Source of the DNA: Paraphysomonas bandaiensis
Taxonomy: Eukaryota; Protista; Chrysophyceae
Direction of reading: 5' to 3'
Assembly (NCBI GenBank): GCA_965644295.1
Contig: CBFFRP010000485.1
Location: forward strand, 1-63,058
Length of the DNA: 63,058 nt
The notes beneath the pieces were generated by a model. That model did not search any database and was not told where the DNA came from. It saw nothing but the letters and a program-made list of their open reading frames with translations. Positions 1 to 14,900 of the stretch are shown one piece after another. Positions within the stretch are counted from its first letter, which is position 1. Each line of letters opens with the position of its first letter. The position numbers were made by a program, and so were the translations under genes.

Positions 1-1050
1 TAATATTCTTAGCATACTCAGATTGATCTAACATATACCAATTTTCTCCTCTGGTTATCCTGATGTTCAGAAATCGCTTACACACTCCCAGATCATGCAT
101 CTCGAATGTTTCACAGAACCTACGCTTTACGCTTTCCAAGTAAGTCAGATCAGCGGATGCAATTATGATATCATCAACATATATCAATAATAAATGCAGT
201 TTTCCGTTACTCCATCGCATATACAAACACGTATCCAAAATACACGGAGTAAAATGCAATGATTTAATAAACTTGTCAATATGTTTATTCCACTGTCGCG
301 GTGAAGATCGCAGTCCATACAATGCCTTGATTAGTTGAAAACACCATCCAGCTAGTAATTCCTCATCTGGTGGAGGTGCCATATACACGTCATCCTCCAG
401 ATCTGCATAGCAAAATGCGGATGATACATCTAATTGATGCACATGCATCTGTAACATAAACGCAATCGCTAACACTAGTCTAATGGTTATACCCTTAACC
501 ACTGGAGCGAAAGTGGACGGCTCCTCCTCCTTCTTCTCTTGGAGATTTCCTAATGCCACTAGCCGAGCCTTGTACTTTACTATATTCCCTAGTATGTCTC
601 GCTTCACCGTATGCACATATTTCGCTCTAACTAATTTCACTCCGCTTGGAATTTTCACGATCTTCAAGACACGTCTTTTCAGCAATGATGTCTTCTCCAC
701 CATTCGAGCTTTTCTCCATTGTTGATACTGTGGAGATCTCTCTGCCTCGGCATATGAATTTGGTATCTTGATATCTTCTGTCTCTGCATGGTTAAGATCA
801 ATATTATGCGCATCCGGTACTTCCACCATATTAATCTCTCCTAAAACTGACGCGTTTGCCAGTCTCCGCTGCAGCCGTTTGCGTCGGACCCGACCATCAC
901 CATCTAGTTCAATCGGTCGACGAGGTATATAAGAACCCGTACCTTGCTCATCCTGAGCACGCACATCGTGCGTTGTGGGAGGAGCCCCGCTCACAACCCC
1001 AGACTCATAGTCTTCAGAGGTCTGCAACCTAGGATACAGTCCATATTCTA
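1..1050 (-). mobile_element. Ty1/copia LTR retrotransposon pol (reverse transcriptase) fragment, runs off the left window edge
   Basis: Manual minus-strand translation is open and contains copia RT motifs KYKARLVALG, TFAPVV, HQLDVSSAF, LIKALYGLRSSPRQWN, LLIYVDD, EMHDLG and LDQSEY. Confidence 0.93.
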
Positions 1051-1299
1051 ATACGCCTGTCTTTTCGACGGCAGAGTAAAAAAATTATAGCTGCATTCTC
1101 ACCCAGATGACGCTCGGCGATCGAGTGCCTTGTCATGCGTTCGTCAAACTATGTACGAACGTCGTGGAGACCTGATGTTCTATTGGCACACATTGTAATA
1201 TTTTCAAGTCCCATAATCTCACCAGATTGGCATGCTCCAATTTACTTGGAATTAGACCAAACACGTTGGAACCAACCCGCATGATTGCAATTGGTCATA

Positions 1300-1477
1300 T
1301 TTATTCGTTTACATAAGTAACACTTACATTATTCTCTCTTCTACTATACAATCATAGGGCTATGAGCGGGCAGAACAATATCTGCTGGCTGACTATATAT
1401 ATTCCCTAAGAACTCTCCGGTTCTTATCCCCTAGCCAGAACACCACGAAACGGTGCGAGTCCTACTTTGTTTAGGGC
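1300..1477 (-). mobile_element. Degenerate 5'-end fragment of the unclassified TSD-flanked element family (see 41078-42292)
   Basis: ggctatgagcgggcagaacaatatctgc...ccagaacaccacgaaacggtgcgagtcctactttgtttagggc matches about 42163-42292 and ends at the same GGGC terminus. Confidence 0.8.
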
Positions 1478-2511
1478 TATACGTTGATATCATATTCAAC
1501 CAATTGTAATTTATCAAAATAATAATTACTCAGCGATTCAGGGGGGAAATATGCCCGAGTCTTCATCATCATCCTGCACATATAAAAGAAGCATCTTTTG
1601 AACAACTTTGGCGTCGGTCCATCTTTCAAAAACAGCAAAGTAGCACTCTTTGTTGCTCGTCGATCCCCACAGCAAATAGTATAAACCGTCTCTCAGTTTT
1701 AGATTAAACACTCAAATTGATGGTAATCAAAATATTCAAATTAGTTGACAATTAATTGAAGTAGGTTGTAGACAGTTGCAATTACAGTTATTATTGCTGT
1801 CTCAATTTCAATTTCAATCTCAATAATTTACAATTAATTGTTACGCACTCCTGGCGATTAGTAATGTATTTTATTACCGACATAAGTTGTAGACTCAGCT
1901 GGCTCCACAAGTAAGGGGCGTTAAAATGTTTGGCCTCTGGGTGTTGTGTCCTGTAGCGCGAAATATTCACTCGACATTAGAGTGAAATTGGGCAATACTT
2001 CTACTTACTAGGCCGTAGCTCTCATACTGTAGTATAGATGTATACAATAGACTATTTGACTATTTCAATTTTCCAAGTCAATGTATTGCAATAGTATTGT
2101 AGGGCCGGTTTATAAACTCCATCAATACTATTGATGGAACGCTATCTAACTGTAGGATTGCAATATATTTTTCCCTATCCCTGATATATAATATGTACAG
2201 CATTTGTAACATCACATTGAAAAAACGAAGGCCTTCGGTTGTAATTGGAAACTCTCGAAGAGATAGCCCCAATTGCAATTGGGGTTGGGGTTAAAAGAGC
2301 TTGTCTCTCCTTCCCTTCGTTTTTTCATTGCTTCTGACATCAGCAAATTATTTATTATTGGGACTCTACAATCGCTTCTCGGAAAACTATTTCTTACACA
2401 AATCTAACTATCTCTTTTCTGCAAGACGCGATTCTATGAGAAATCTTACAGGTTATCAAAAATTATGGGAGCGGTTATAACCATTATCTGCATCCACGCT
2501 AATTCATACCC

Positions 2512-3365
2512 TTAACAGCAGCCATCTTTGGATGATCCTTTAGTCTCTCCTCTGGCAGCACCCTGTGATCCCAATTGTTGCCCGGTTACTTGTGAGTTAA
2601 TCACTCCTGTTCGTGCTGTCCCACCCACAGCAACTGCACTGCCTAATTTTTGCACTATCTGCGGAATACAAAAAAAGGATTATTTCACAACGGCAAAAGC
2701 AAACAGCATCTCAGTACTTGTTCAGATATTTTTTTAAATATTTCATCCACGCCGTAGTTATCTTTCGCGCTGGTCTCATAAAGAGAAGCGTCGACTCGCC
2801 TTGCGAAGTTTTCTGCCCTAGTCCTTGACACAACCCGCTCAGACTCTAGATCTGACTTGGTGCACGCAATTGCCAGAATAATCTGTTCGGCAGGAACCTA
2901 TATCACAAAAAAGTTAATTGGCATGCAACAAAATCGGGTAGAGTAACATTTTGCTTCAATTCTTCCACCCAGTCTTTCATTTTAGTGAAGGAATCTTCAT
3001 TAGTTATGTCAAAACACACAATCGCAGCCGATGCATTCCTGTAGTACATCTGCAAACAACGTAAAAAAAAATGCATACAACTCTCAAAGTACCGGTGCCA
3101 TTGCTCTAAAACGTTCCTGACCAGCTGTGTCCCATAACTGCATTTTGCATATAGAACCATCTGGAAGAGTAACCTTCTTTGTTAAAAAGAACGCCCCGAT
3201 AGTACTCTGCTGCTTCGGGGCAAAGTAACCCTACAGCCCCGCAAAGGTCATGAGTTTTACATATAGCATGCACAGTACCTCAATAAAACGAAGAACTAAA
3301 CATGTTTTACCGACGCCCTTGTCTCCTAGCACAACCACTTTAAACTCGTACTGATTCTTATTCAT
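2512..3365 (-). CDS. Rab GTPase, Rab5/Rab22-like subfamily (5 exons), C-terminal CC prenylation site
   Basis: Spliced translation [21 protein letters not shown]...STIGAFF...[18 protein letters not shown]...CTKSDL...ETSAK...DGCC*; four short GT-AG introns. Confidence 0.93.
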
Positions 3366-4689
3366 TCTCAAGAGTGGAAACAGTTACACCTCACAGTATT
3401 TATACAATCAGCATATCGTTAACTTTTATGAAAAGCACATAAGGATAGGTCTAAACAAGAGCGTAATGTAGCAGTAGATCCACTCCCAGATTATGATTGA
3501 AGGAGTAACTCAGTCACTGCACTCCACTGTGTCTCAGAGAATATGTACAGACAGCAGTCGCATGGAATACCATACTAGGATATACCGTCGTTTCCAATCC
3601 CCTTACCAGCGGTGGAATACAGTGTATTTTTCAGTGTATCACTAACACAGGAGCAGGGCACCTCGCTCGATTTTACCTAGCAAAAGTATCTTTAGTCTTT
3701 AGCTATGCATGTTTCAACCTCTTCGAGTCATCGAGATCTCTTATTATAGAAGGTATCTTATTGTCTTTTTGATGTTTTAAACTTTAAAGGGATTAAGGTT
3801 CCGGGTGAGTTGTCATACGAGAAACATCTATCTAATAATTTGAATCCGCTCTGGTTGTACTGGAGGTAACTTGCATCAAATTAATCTCTTGGATGGTTTC
3901 TCACTTGATTATGAAAGACCTATGATAAGAAAAATACACTTAGGCTCCAAAACTACTGAGATATGAGTGTGAATACATTGGAAGGTGTGGTCAAGAAGAG
4001 TATGTATTTTTGCTTTATTTAAAAGAAAATAGTGCTTCCTAGGAAGCCCTTAACGACGGTTCGTAATAAAGAAGATTTTTCATCCCAGTATTGTGGTATC
4101 ACGTTTTGGAAAGTCGTATGTATGTGATTGACTATTTATGTGCATGCTCAAGATGTCGGCAGTAACGTCGAATAGAGAATACCATAAAGCATAAAGCCAT
4201 AAAGGTGTAACCATTTATCAACCTTACGGGAACACACCGTGCACCATTGCGCCAAAATTTCCAGCTTGTGATCGAGTAGTTAAAAGTTTAAATAGTTTTT
4301 ATGACTTGTGGTACAATCATAATTCCATCAAATAGTGTATTCCGAGAATAACCTAGCTCCATTCCAAATAAAACAATCTGATTTAGTAAATCGTTATTCG
4401 TTATTATCGTTTTACCGCCGCGACAATATATATGTTAATGCCAAATTGAAATTTAGCGATGACATATTATTACCACATGCTCTACGAATGTTCGATTCGA
4501 TTTCCCAAGCTTTCTAGTATATAGTAAAAGGAAGCACTTGTCGCGCACTTGCTTCTGCGTTACTTATATATTTCGGTCAAACAGCGATTGTCACTTTACT
4601 TCTTTCTTAAAATGGTAAGATAGCAGATATGTCAAAATACATACCTCACCTATACTAGATAAAATTCAGAGTGCACCTCGGCAGGTACG

Positions 4690-5536
4690 TCACCCATAAC
4701 AGCGAATTCCAGAGGTATCACCCTTTCGCGCACACTGACCACCCTTTTCAAGATATCTCTGATGATATTCCTCGGCAGGGTACCACTCCTTTGCAGGTAA
4801 TATTTCAGTCACTATTGGGTCTGAGTACTTCTCCTGCTCTTTATCTCGTGATTCAATGGCCTCCTTCTTCTGCTCCTCGGAGTGATAATAGATGCCTGAT
4901 CGATACTGGGTGCCCACATCGTTACCTTGACGATTTACAGTTGTGGGGTCCATACGATCCCATAGGATCGTCAGTAGTTCAGAGTAGCTTACAACTTCTG
5001 GATTAAATTCAATTTTGATAGCTTCAGTGTGTCCTGTTTGCCCTGAGCATACTTCTTCATAAGTCTGTGAAAAAATTAACTGAGGAAGCAGGCTAATATC
5101 ATGTCAGTACTAACGGGGTTAGGTTTGTGGCCTTGGGTGTATCCAACCTTGAATTCACACCATTATTACATAGTTTATTGCTTAATTCTAATACCTCAGT
5201 GTGATCGACGCCTGGTACTCTCTGAAAGGCTAGCTGAACACCCCAGAAGCACCCTTAAGAATCGAAATACAAGTCATAATTATTCATTCAACAAACAGTC
5301 TATCGTCAAACCTGCAGCAAAAGTGGCTGTTGATTTGAGAGATGACGAATGCTCCAATTTAGCCGATTCCTTTGTGAGTACTCCTATGGCTTCTGGCCCA
5401 AAGGACTTGGCATGAGCAGTTCCCTACAATAGAATAAATACTACACCAACGTCAATCTAAGATGAACATATACCATTATAGTGCGGCAACACAGGACTGT
5501 AATAAACGGAACACAGCGAGAGGAATATCTAGTCAT
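4690..5536 (-). CDS. msrA: Peptide methionine sulfoxide reductase A, multi-exon, N-terminal extension; start uncertain
   Basis: Spliced TFAAG|[57 protein letters not shown]. Confidence 0.95.
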
Positions 5537-5598
5537 ATAGTGCTGGATTCTCTCCTTCAGAAGATATTAATTTTGATAGAGGAGTAGAACGAACAAAA

Positions 5599-6340
5599 CA
5601 TACATACATACATACATACATACATACATACATACATACATACATACATACATACATACATACATACATACATACATACATACATACATACATACATACA
5701 TACATACATACATACATACATACATACATACATACATACATACATACATACATACATACATACATACATACATACATACATACATACATACATACATACA
5801 TACATACATACATAGATGTACATACATACATACATACATACATACATACATACATACATACATACATACATACATACATACATACATACATACATACATA
5901 CATACATACATACATACGTACATACATAGATGTACATACATACATACATACATACATACATACATACATACATACATACATACATACATACATACATACA
6001 TACATACATACATACATACATACATACATACACACATACATACATACATACATACATACATACATACATACATACATACATACATACATACATACATACA
6101 TACATACATACATACATACATACATACATACATACATACATACATACATACATACATACATACATACATACATACATACATACATACATACATACATACA
6201 TACATACATACATACATACATACATACATACATACATACATACATACATACATACATACATACATACATACATACATACATACATACATACATACATACA
6301 TACATACATACATACATACATACATACACACATACATACA
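5599..6340. repeat. (CATA)n microsatellite array of about 740 bp with rare variant cassettes
   Basis: Direct reading; variants CATAGATGTA near 5811 and CGTACATACATAGATGTA near 5917; the overlapping MYVC/HTYI ORFs are artefacts of the repeat. Confidence 0.98.
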
Positions 6341-6482
6341 GCAGCATACAGAATCGTTATGATGATATTATGTCTATAGAGGATAAGGCATGATAAGGTT
6401 TCTATTCTTCGAGTATAAGTGTCATCGTAAATAACTATCCGTATCGATGTGTTTTGTGTATATTTGTTAATTGGTTTATCAT

Positions 6483-7922
6483 ATGGCTGAAGAAGAGCTC
6501 TATGATATTATATTAAAAGTCCCATCTAACGGGATTCACAGTCCATGGAACCTGCATGCATTCCGGTCGCTGATAGTGTTTCTGCCGACCAAGTGCACAA
6601 TGTGTGAACGCACAGTGTATCCGCTTACCAGAGCAGCGGTGTGCGTCCGTTGTGGGTGCTATGTTCACCGGACCTGTACGAGAAAGGATGCCCATATCTG
6701 CGAGAAATTTTTGTTAGGGCCAGGACAGGCGGGGTCAGGTGTTCCAGTGTGGGGAGTGGCGGGGTCGTTGGTTGATAATAGTTCAACAGCAAAGGTGAAG
6801 CGCAATAGCACAACTAAACAGGTTATACAGGTGGCCCCGAAGGTGATAAACGCCCGATCGCCATTGTTAGACCGGCTCGGGCTGCAGTCCTTGCTTGATG
6901 GAGCACCCATTCCTCCCCCTGGGTCAGAGGGATGTATATGGCGACAGGCACTACGGCTTATATCATCTGATTACAGGATATCACGGATTGCGTCTATTCC
7001 TCCACATCATCATGCGGTACAAAAGATCACGTACGCGCTGCTGCGGGATGCACAGTCCTTCCCAGGACGCGTTTCTGCTGAACTTAGAGAGTTATACATG
7101 ACGCTTTCCTTCGGCGTCGACAAGGATTTTCTACTCCATGCCAGAGAACTGCTTGACAATGTGGCCTGCGCTGTGTTGGCTATTCTTCCGCAAGATATCT
7201 ACTCTGATAGTGAAAGGTTGAAGGCAGTGGTGACCACTGTAGACTGGAAAGTGCTACGACATAATGATGGAAGCATGTACGACAAGGTGTGGGGTGCGGC
7301 GCAGCGGCTGGGGGCACGTATGGACAGTGCTCTACTCTCCCGCCTGCAGCACCAACAGTCCTGTGATGTGGATCTGGAAGCTACACCACGTTTCTCAGAC
7401 ATCCAGCAGCGCCTTGGACGTGTTCCATGCGAATACACAGTAATGGATAAGCTCAAGCGGGTTGTACAGGCGCTTAAGTATGTTGCTGCCTCAGCCTCTA
7501 CTTGTAGCCACGATGACCCCGGAGAAGCCCCTGAAGGGGCATCGCTGGAACAAACAATGCAGGATCTAAATGTCGATGCCGACTCACTCATGCAGCGCTT
7601 TTGTGATATAATCGCCCAACAAACCCTTAAATTTGAATTCTACTGGCATGCTGAGTGTATTTATATAGAATTTATGTGTAGGGAGAGTAGCTGGCTTTTG
7701 GGGGCGGAAGGGTATGCACTTGTAACTCTTCAGCAAGCACTTAGAAGCCTTTGCCCTACTGCTGCCATAATGTCTGCTGCACAGAATGACGTTGAGTTGA
7801 AGATTGTAAGTCCAGCTCCTTCTGTTCATGCACCTTCGGATGATGGACACAGCGAGACTGCCTCAGTGTCATCTACCCATCATACTCCATCGATAGATCT
7901 CCCCGTAATTGCTACCGAATGA
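6483..7922 (+). CDS. C1 (PKC-like Zn finger) plus VPS9-domain protein, putative Rab5-family GEF
   Basis: N-terminal H-x12-CxxC-x12-CxxC-x4-HxxC-x7-C pattern; C-terminal VPS9-like motifs DKLKRV, DADSLM, IYIEF and GAEGYALVTLQQAL. Confidence 0.8.
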   Translation: MAEEELYDIILKVPSNGIHSPWNLHAFRSLIVFLPTKCTMCERTVYPLTRAAVCVRCGCYVHRTCTRKDAHICEKFLLGPGQAGSGVPVWGVAGSLVDNSSTAKVKRNSTTKQVIQVAPKVINARSPLLDRLGLQSLLDGAPIPPPGSEGCIWRQALRLISSDYRISRIASIPPHHHAVQKITYALLRDAQSFPGRVSAELRELYMTLSFGVDKDFLLHARELLDNVACAVLAILPQDIYSDSERLKAVVTTVDWKVLRHNDGSMYDKVWGAAQRLGARMDSALLSRLQHQQSCDVDLEATPRFSDIQQRLGRVPCEYTVMDKLKRVVQALKYVAASASTCSHDDPGEAPEGASLEQTMQDLNVDADSLMQRFCDIIAQQTLKFEFYWHAECIYIEFMCRESSWLLGAEGYALVTLQQALRSLCPTAAIMSAAQNDVELKIVSPAPSVHAPSDDGHSETASVSSTHHTPSIDLPVIATE

Positions 7923-10023
7923 ATTACTTAATTGTCACAAGTTTTGTGTGTTGCAATATATATCTACGACTTTCTGTTTGACTACGTACGTCGAATCAGT
8001 GTATATATAATACGTATTAATTTGAATTCATAGTTCCTGGGATTAATGAATTTACATTTGTCGATCGGACTATAAACTAAATATGTAGTAGGTAGTAGGG
8101 CGTGAATAGTGTATATGCATATATGCTACAACTAAATATTGTTGGAAATTGCTCATTCTTAACTAGATCTCAGAGAGAAATTAGTCTTTAGACTAGATAG
8201 ACTAATTAATATCGATTACACGAAATGTGATAAACAACACAATCTCATTTTGCTCCACGCATAATTTCCTACATATGTGATCCTCTCGTTACTAAACATA
8301 TCTTGAAAGATCAAGCTATTCAGTTTCTCAATATCATCACAGCATTTGTACATCACCATATTTCACTGTATTCTTGTACATTATCTTCAAGTGTCACACT
8401 GAATATACTAGAATATAATCCATATTTTAATGAATATATCATGATATCATGTATATCGCTGCACATAAAAAGGATTAAGGATTAAACACATTGTTGTGTC
8501 GGATTGATAATCTAGTATTTGAAAATTCATCTTTTCAGTGTATTCACCTAGCCGACCTAGCCACTAGCCATCAATGAATGAATTCAGATATTGAATTACT
8601 ATTCAATAATTTGACTAGTAAGATTAGGTAATTTAAACATTTTGATTAGGTTGAATTATATTTACTACCACATTATATATTGTACAATCGATTTTGGTAT
8701 GCTGTATGTTATAAAGCTGGTATATTTTTCTCTGATACGTGAAAGTTTTTACAATCATTTCATGGTTCTTAGATACTTATTCACAATTATCTATCCCGAA
8801 AGCATCCCACAGTCAAGGTTACTATAATGATTTTTTTCAGATACATTACGTAGCTAAGATTTCAAACTAACATCTGAAGATGATTCTTCATATGGCTCTT
8901 TAAGCTTTAAGCAATTCGAAGTATATCAGATATTCATCGTGAGATCAATACTCTATATTTCTTGAGATACTACGATGTGTTATTCTCCCATTATTGATAC
9001 AGAAACAAGGAGTTAAATTAACATTTTGAAACTCTCACCGTTGGTATGGATCAGATACTCAAACTGTACTTCATTCATGGCATTTTCTCACTTGCTGTAT
9101 AGAGTCACGGTAGGTGCAATTGAATTTAGTCGAATCTTTCAAAAGCTAGTATGATATGTTGGCTTGTATCAGGGATAAACAACAAGTGAATGAGTGGATT
9201 CTAATTCATGGTTGCTAATTCTATTATTGCAGATTGGGCACTTTGTGCTACTGGCATATATGTCACTAAAGCAGTAAGAAAAGGGGAAAGGGAGGTCTAA
9301 TATGCGCTATCTCATCATAATAAATTGATTATTAACATATGCAACGAGAAATAGATCATTAATCTACTGTAAGAAATAAAACACACAATTGGCGGTAATA
9401 CTCCATAATTTCCAACATGAATATGTTATACTTAATATTCGCAGCCGTGAATAACTGAGTCACTGTAAATCACGATACAGACTGTCAAGGTTGGTATTGC
9501 AAGACCACAACACTCTCCTCAGTGTCTACAGTTCTTGTAGAGGTGATGGACCTTACTCCCAAATACGTGTCAGCATATTTTACTTGATGTACCTTTACAC
9601 TCTGTCAGCGCAGGGATGTTCTCTATATCTTCTGAACTACAGCTCCGTCCTCATGTAGATTTTAGAGAGCTTACACGGACCATATATGGAAATAGCGTTA
9701 GCCACAGTTTACTTTGCGTTAATATGCTCCAGTGTAGGTGTTCAGAGTAGGCAGGTCAGTCCAATGCCAGTGGTAGATGTGGTGACAGTTGTGTCAGCAC
9801 AGGCTGTATCTTGTAGGTATACGCGGAGTGTACAGTATACAAGTTGTGCAGGAGTGTGGCTGTACTTCGCTGTATTACCAGCAGAGGTCATGAGCATGTA
9901 GATATGTGTGTATATATACTCTGTATATGCATGTACTGCACATGGACTCTGGCCTCTGGCCATTGCTGGAGAGTCGTCTGTGCGTCCGCGTGTTGGTGAT
10001 TCTCTTAAACTCCAGCTGTCACA

Positions 10024-11493
<1,470 letters not shown>

Positions 11494-11925
11494 TTAAGCA
11501 GGTTAGCATATATCATACATTAGTTTTAGTATGTGGATCTTTGGCTTTCTAATATATAGTATATAGGTTGCGTATTTCTAATACCTATTCAGAATTTGTT
11601 TAATTCGACCTGTCGTCAAATCGTAGTATGTAATATGTCGTTCTGCTACGTTATATCGATACGCCCTCACCCACCACAGCAAAACAGTCCTATTAGCAAA
11701 AAGGAAGGTCAAGAACCATAACTAGTCATTGACCAAGAATCAATGATGCTTCAATAGTTCATATTGTGATATATAAGAAAGTTGTCAATGAATCCAGCAA
11801 GGATGAGTATGTTGACTTCGTAGTTTATATAAACATGCATTCAAAAAGAAAAGGAGTATTCACAAGTGTAGCAAATTGTATGTTCAACGCAAGATGGCCT
11901 AAACTAGCTAGAAAGCGCATGAGCT

Positions 11926-14900
11926 TCAAAAGATATCTCCTACACCACCCGACTCCCCTGCATTTACCAACTGAGACAAAATAGAAATTGCACACCCTTC
12001 ACCAATTGAGACTACAGAGTCTTTCAAAGCGTCAGCAGCAGAAACACGCTTCTTTCGAGAAATAGGAACTGATTTTAGGTCAGTGGTTGAATACAGAGAC
12101 TTGCCGTTACTATCAATACCGCCAGATGCGACTTTGACTTCATCGCTGCTGTCGTTATCGTACTTCTCTCTGAGTTTCAATAGAATGCTTCCTTTCTGCA
12201 ACAACATATGCACGTCACCCGAAAAGATTTCGGCTTTGATATCTGAGTTCTTAAAACTTACCTCATACTGCAGAAGATTCTCGATTCCAAATAGTTCGCC
12301 GGCAACCTCTCCTTGTATTCCCTCGAATCTGCCATCATGATCTTCTCCGTCCTCCTGACCAGAATTACTCACACGCACCGCTGTCCGCTGCAAGGCTTGC
12401 TTGTATAATTGTCGCATGTATATGAGCTCCTCTACAGTGCCCTGTGCAACCAGCCTGTACACAGACACACGCCGAGTCTGGCCAAACCTATATGCTCTAT
12501 CTTGTGCCTGCATATCCAGGGCTGAAGACAAATTAGGGCCACAAAATTTAAATATTCCCGCACCTGGGTTCCAATTGCAATCGAATATAACAACTTTGCT
12601 TGCAGAAGTTAAGTTCAGTCCTAGCCCCCCAGCCTTAGTGCTATAACAAATGAGTTACGAGACTGCCGTTCATGGACGCAGCACTAAACCTCAGCGCATT
12701 ACCTGATAAGAAAGAGTAAAATACTTTTATCTGTATTGAATCTATCTACAAGGTGCTGTCTAGATGACGATGAAGTGGATCCATCCAGGCGGCTGTTTCA
12801 AATCTCAATTAAAAGCGTCGTTTATTCATAGGTGGAAGTCAGAAAACGCACATAATTGTTCAACATATAATACCTATACCGCCAGCCTCGACTCTGCACA
12901 TAACTCTCAATAAGCGATAGCATCTTCGTACTGTGGGAGAAAACTAATGTCTGCAGCCCATATAATAAATTACATAAAATAGAGGAAGCATGTTGTGCCC
13001 TTACCTTTTCTAGTTTCAGGCTGAACGTGGTAAGGAGTTTGTCAAGGATTTTCATTTTCCCACTTCGTGCTATGCAACTTGCATCTAGTAGTTGCGATGA
13101 TTTGACAGGTCCTCCAATTTCGTGCAACAGATCAGGTGGTAAAGCCTTCACAGCAAAGTCGTACGTTGGTGTACTCTTCCCATCTGACACACTATATGCG
13201 TGTTCCTGGAGAAGGGCAGGATGAGAAGCCACCTTTGACAGCTTTGTAATAGCAGGAAGAATGATACAAGATGGACAGTGAGAGCATGGTTCATCGTCTG
13301 CATGGTTTTGACGCCATATAACAGCCCTACATATCCCAAATGACAACACCCAGACAGTATATGTACTCTATGAACACAACCTTGGGTCTATTCCAGGCAC
13401 CCCAGCATCTCGCAGCAGAGGAACCTGGTACTCTTCACAGCAGTCCCTCCGTTTTACTCCTTTGCCACAGGGGCATAAGGAGAGATACCGTCGAGCATTG
13501 TCGACATCTGGAAGCGACAAAATATGTTGATATAGCTTTCCCTACATGTCGTTACATCACACACCAACACGAAAGCAACAAGTTAATCATACTTGAATTG
13601 AAGAAAGTTCACAAAAGACCACGATATCATCCTTGCCTAGAAGCTGACCTGAAAGTACATCTGTCTTCATTCTCTGCAACAAGTATCGCTTGAGTAGCCT
13701 GCACATAACGACTCAACAGTGTCGACAAGTCTGTGCATGGTACATACTTCTTCAGCTCAAGCTGCCTGCGAATACCAGTAGATATCGCATCTGGATGAGC
13801 CGATCTCTGCTTGGCACGTTTTATAGGTTTCACAAAGTGTGATTTAAAAGAACCCTTATCCTGTGTACAAGTCTAAGGCCGGGTGGTTGCATGATTTCAT
13901 TGTACAATACATGAAATCTTCCCAGTGTAACAATGTTCAGTAGGGCCCAAAGCTCTTCCAGATCATTTTGCACAAGGGTGCCAGACAGTATTATTCTACA
14001 TTTGGCCTTGCTGAGACTGCACAAATGTCACCATTCAGCAACACTACTGTGGTAGCATACATTTATACCTGAACGCGGCCCGATATCTTTTTCCTGTGTC
14101 CGATTTTAGAATATGGCCTTCGTCCCAAGTAATTACAGACCATGAAATCTAGATACCAATCAACTCGAATATACAATTCTGCATTCTGTAATACCTTGGC
14201 AAGCTCGGCTGCATACATGGTCATCTTATCATAGGATCCAAGTACTATGTCCAAACTGCCTGCTTGCCCATGTCAATAAATTACAAAAATATAGCCACAT
14301 ATATACAAGTGATTGCATACATATAATTTATTTAGATATATACATCTATCTACATTAGAAAGTATACAGGAAATAGGGTATGAAATACCTTTCAGAGCAT
14401 CTGCCAATACTTTGTCACACTCCCCTTTAGCGTTACTACCAAGTACTCCAACTTCAAAATATCCCCACGTCCGAAGCTCACGCTGCCAATTTTCTACCAC
14501 ACTGGCAGGTGTAACAATCAAACAAGGAGGTTCGAATTCGCTCATCCCATCTCTCCGCCTTTTGATGTTCCGGGTGCAGTCGTCCGCACTCATCCCAGTC
14601 TTGCCAAACACAGCCAGCAGAAGAACAGCTATCTACCACAAAATTCATAGCAATTACCACACTTGCATTAACTCCTTCTAAGATATACCTGCACTGTCTT
14701 TCCTGTGTACAAAAAAAAAGTCAAACTAATAGAAATAGCACCATGTAGCTCTCACCTAGACCCATGTCGTCCCTACAATGACAGTGAAACCAATACAAAA
14801 ACAATCGAAAAATGGGCTTACCCAAGGATGCATCCTTCTCCTGAAGCGTACTTACTCCACATCCACTTTACACCATCGACCTGGTAGTCCTTGAGGTAAC

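Noticed and set aside
5529-6379. Long MYVC/HTYI ORFs (also 44573-45951)
   Set aside because: Translations of stop-free (CATA)n repeats in multiple frames; no evidence of coding
9480-9963. Possible gene upstream of TyrRS
   Set aside because: Short broken ORFs on both strands with no recognisable motif; at most a relic
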